Below, in pieces: positions 62,918 to 64,000 of a DNA stretch of 64,000 nucleotides. Below the pieces are notes generated by a model. That model saw only the letters and a list, made by a program, of their open reading frames with translations, had not been told where the DNA came from and made no database searches. Position numbers and translations under genes: made by a program. Within the stretch, counting starts at the first letter, position 1; the number at the start of each line of letters is the position of its first letter. Source of the DNA: Sphyrna mokarran (lineage: Eukaryota); the NCBI GenBank assembly GCA_024679065.1, contig JAGIQG010000043.1:806001-870000 (forward strand), given 5' to 3'.

Positions 62918-63174
62918 GATGTAGAGATGCCGGCGTTGAACCGGGGTAAACTCAGTAAGAGGCCTGAAAACACCATTTTAAATCCAACCGATTTAGAATG
63001 CGATTCACATTCTAATTTGCAATCTGTAAACTCTCTGTGCTGATATGTGTGCTATTGCAGACCAGAACACCTCATTTGCCTGACGAAGGCACAAAGGCCG
63101 AAAGCTAGCAGGTTTACTATAAAATAAATCGATTGGATTTAAAATTGATGTTGTCAGACCTCTTACTGAGTTTA
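62918..63174 (+). mobile_element. Penelope-derived palindromic element
   Basis: ~49-bp inverted arms 62947-62995 / 63125-63174 enclosing a CTGACGA..GAAA core. Confidence 0.65.
63075..63112 (+). ncRNA. Candidate minimal type I hammerhead ribozyme
   Basis: tttgc-CTGACGA-a-GGC-acaaag-GCC-GAAA-gc-TA-gcagg: stem I tttgc/gcagg, stem II GGC/GCC, palindromic AGCT stem III. Confidence 0.55.
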
Positions 63175-63641
63175 AAGCAGATTCAAACCAGATTTACTGA
63201 TGAATGGAGGTGTATTCTACCTTTCGAAAGTGAGGAGGAAAATGGGGTAACTAAGCGCAATGATTAGAGCAATTTAATAATGCTGTTTTAATTTTGAATC
63301 AGACATTTTAAAAAAGATTCACTGTTGTCACATCTATTAACAGACAGTGAAAAGTATTGTTTGTAATGCATTATACAGACAAAGCATGCCGCTCGTAGAG
63401 AAGTAAAGGAGAAAGTTGAGAATGTAGTGCTAATATCATAACAGGAGTGTAGAGGAAGACCAATTTAATGCTATGTAGTCCATTCAGAAGTCTGATGGCA
63501 GCAGGGAAGAGATTGTTCATGAGTCGGTTGGCACGTTTGTATCGATTTTCCGACAGAAGAAGGCGGAAAAGATGATGTCCAAGTTGTGTTGGGTCCTTGA
63601 TTATGTTGACTGCTTATCCAAGGCAGTGGGAAGTGTCGATG

Positions 63642-64000
63642 GAACATAGAACATAGAACATAGAACATTACAGCACAGAACAGGCCCTTCGGCCTTCGAT
63701 GTTGCGCCGACCAATATAAAAAGCAATGCCCCTCCAAACTAAACCATTCCCTTCTCTTCCATATACTTATCAACTAACCTCTTAAACGCCACCAAACTTG
63801 GCGCATCTACAACTGCTGCAGGCAGGGCATTCCACTCCCGAACCACCCTTTGGGTAAAGAACCTACCTCTGATATCCGTCCTATAACTATCACCCCTTAA
63901 TTTAAAGCTGTGTCCCCTCGTGCTAGCTTTCTCCATCCTAGGAAAAAGGCTATCACTGTCCACCCTATCTAAACCTCTAATCATCTTATATGTTTCGATT
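63642..64000 (-). mobile_element. 3' end of young CR1/HER1-like LINE
   Basis: MIRGLDRVDSDSLFPRMEKASTRGH..KYMEEKGMV; (ATAGAAC)n tail. Confidence 0.96.

Overview
Eukaryotic, repeat-rich genomic DNA. The HE1/V-SINE-type SINEs and CR1 (HER1-like) LINEs with (GTTCTAT)n tails indicate a cartilaginous fish, most likely a shark. Almost all ORFs in the track are repeat-derived or spurious. Manual splicing reveals one complete 8-exon + strand gene (17124-28949, 337 aa, all introns GT-AG and phase-compatible). It encodes a type I IgSF receptor: leader, a V domain with a germline-joined J-like G strand, a C1-set domain, an uncharged TM, and a 73-aa tail split over mini-exons with one ITIM-like YASL motif. 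This is a non-rearranging antigen-receptor-like (VJ-C1) gene. A diverged V-C1 pseudogene follows in tandem (about 29.6-35.1 kb) and has a near-consensus 12-RSS inside its V exon. Two further paralogous promoter+leader modules occur (decayed at 3.1 kb, intact at 61.5 kb, the latter gene running out of the window), suggesting a birth-and-death cluster. Other features are shared FOX:ETS/RUNX, NF-kB and STAT6-like motifs, a CR1 family whose long 3'UTR contains the V-SINE core, a Penelope-type element with a minimal hammerhead ribozyme, Rex1/Babar fragments, solo-LTR-like repeats, local duplications and one assembly gap. All calls are by eye; repeat boundaries are approximate.
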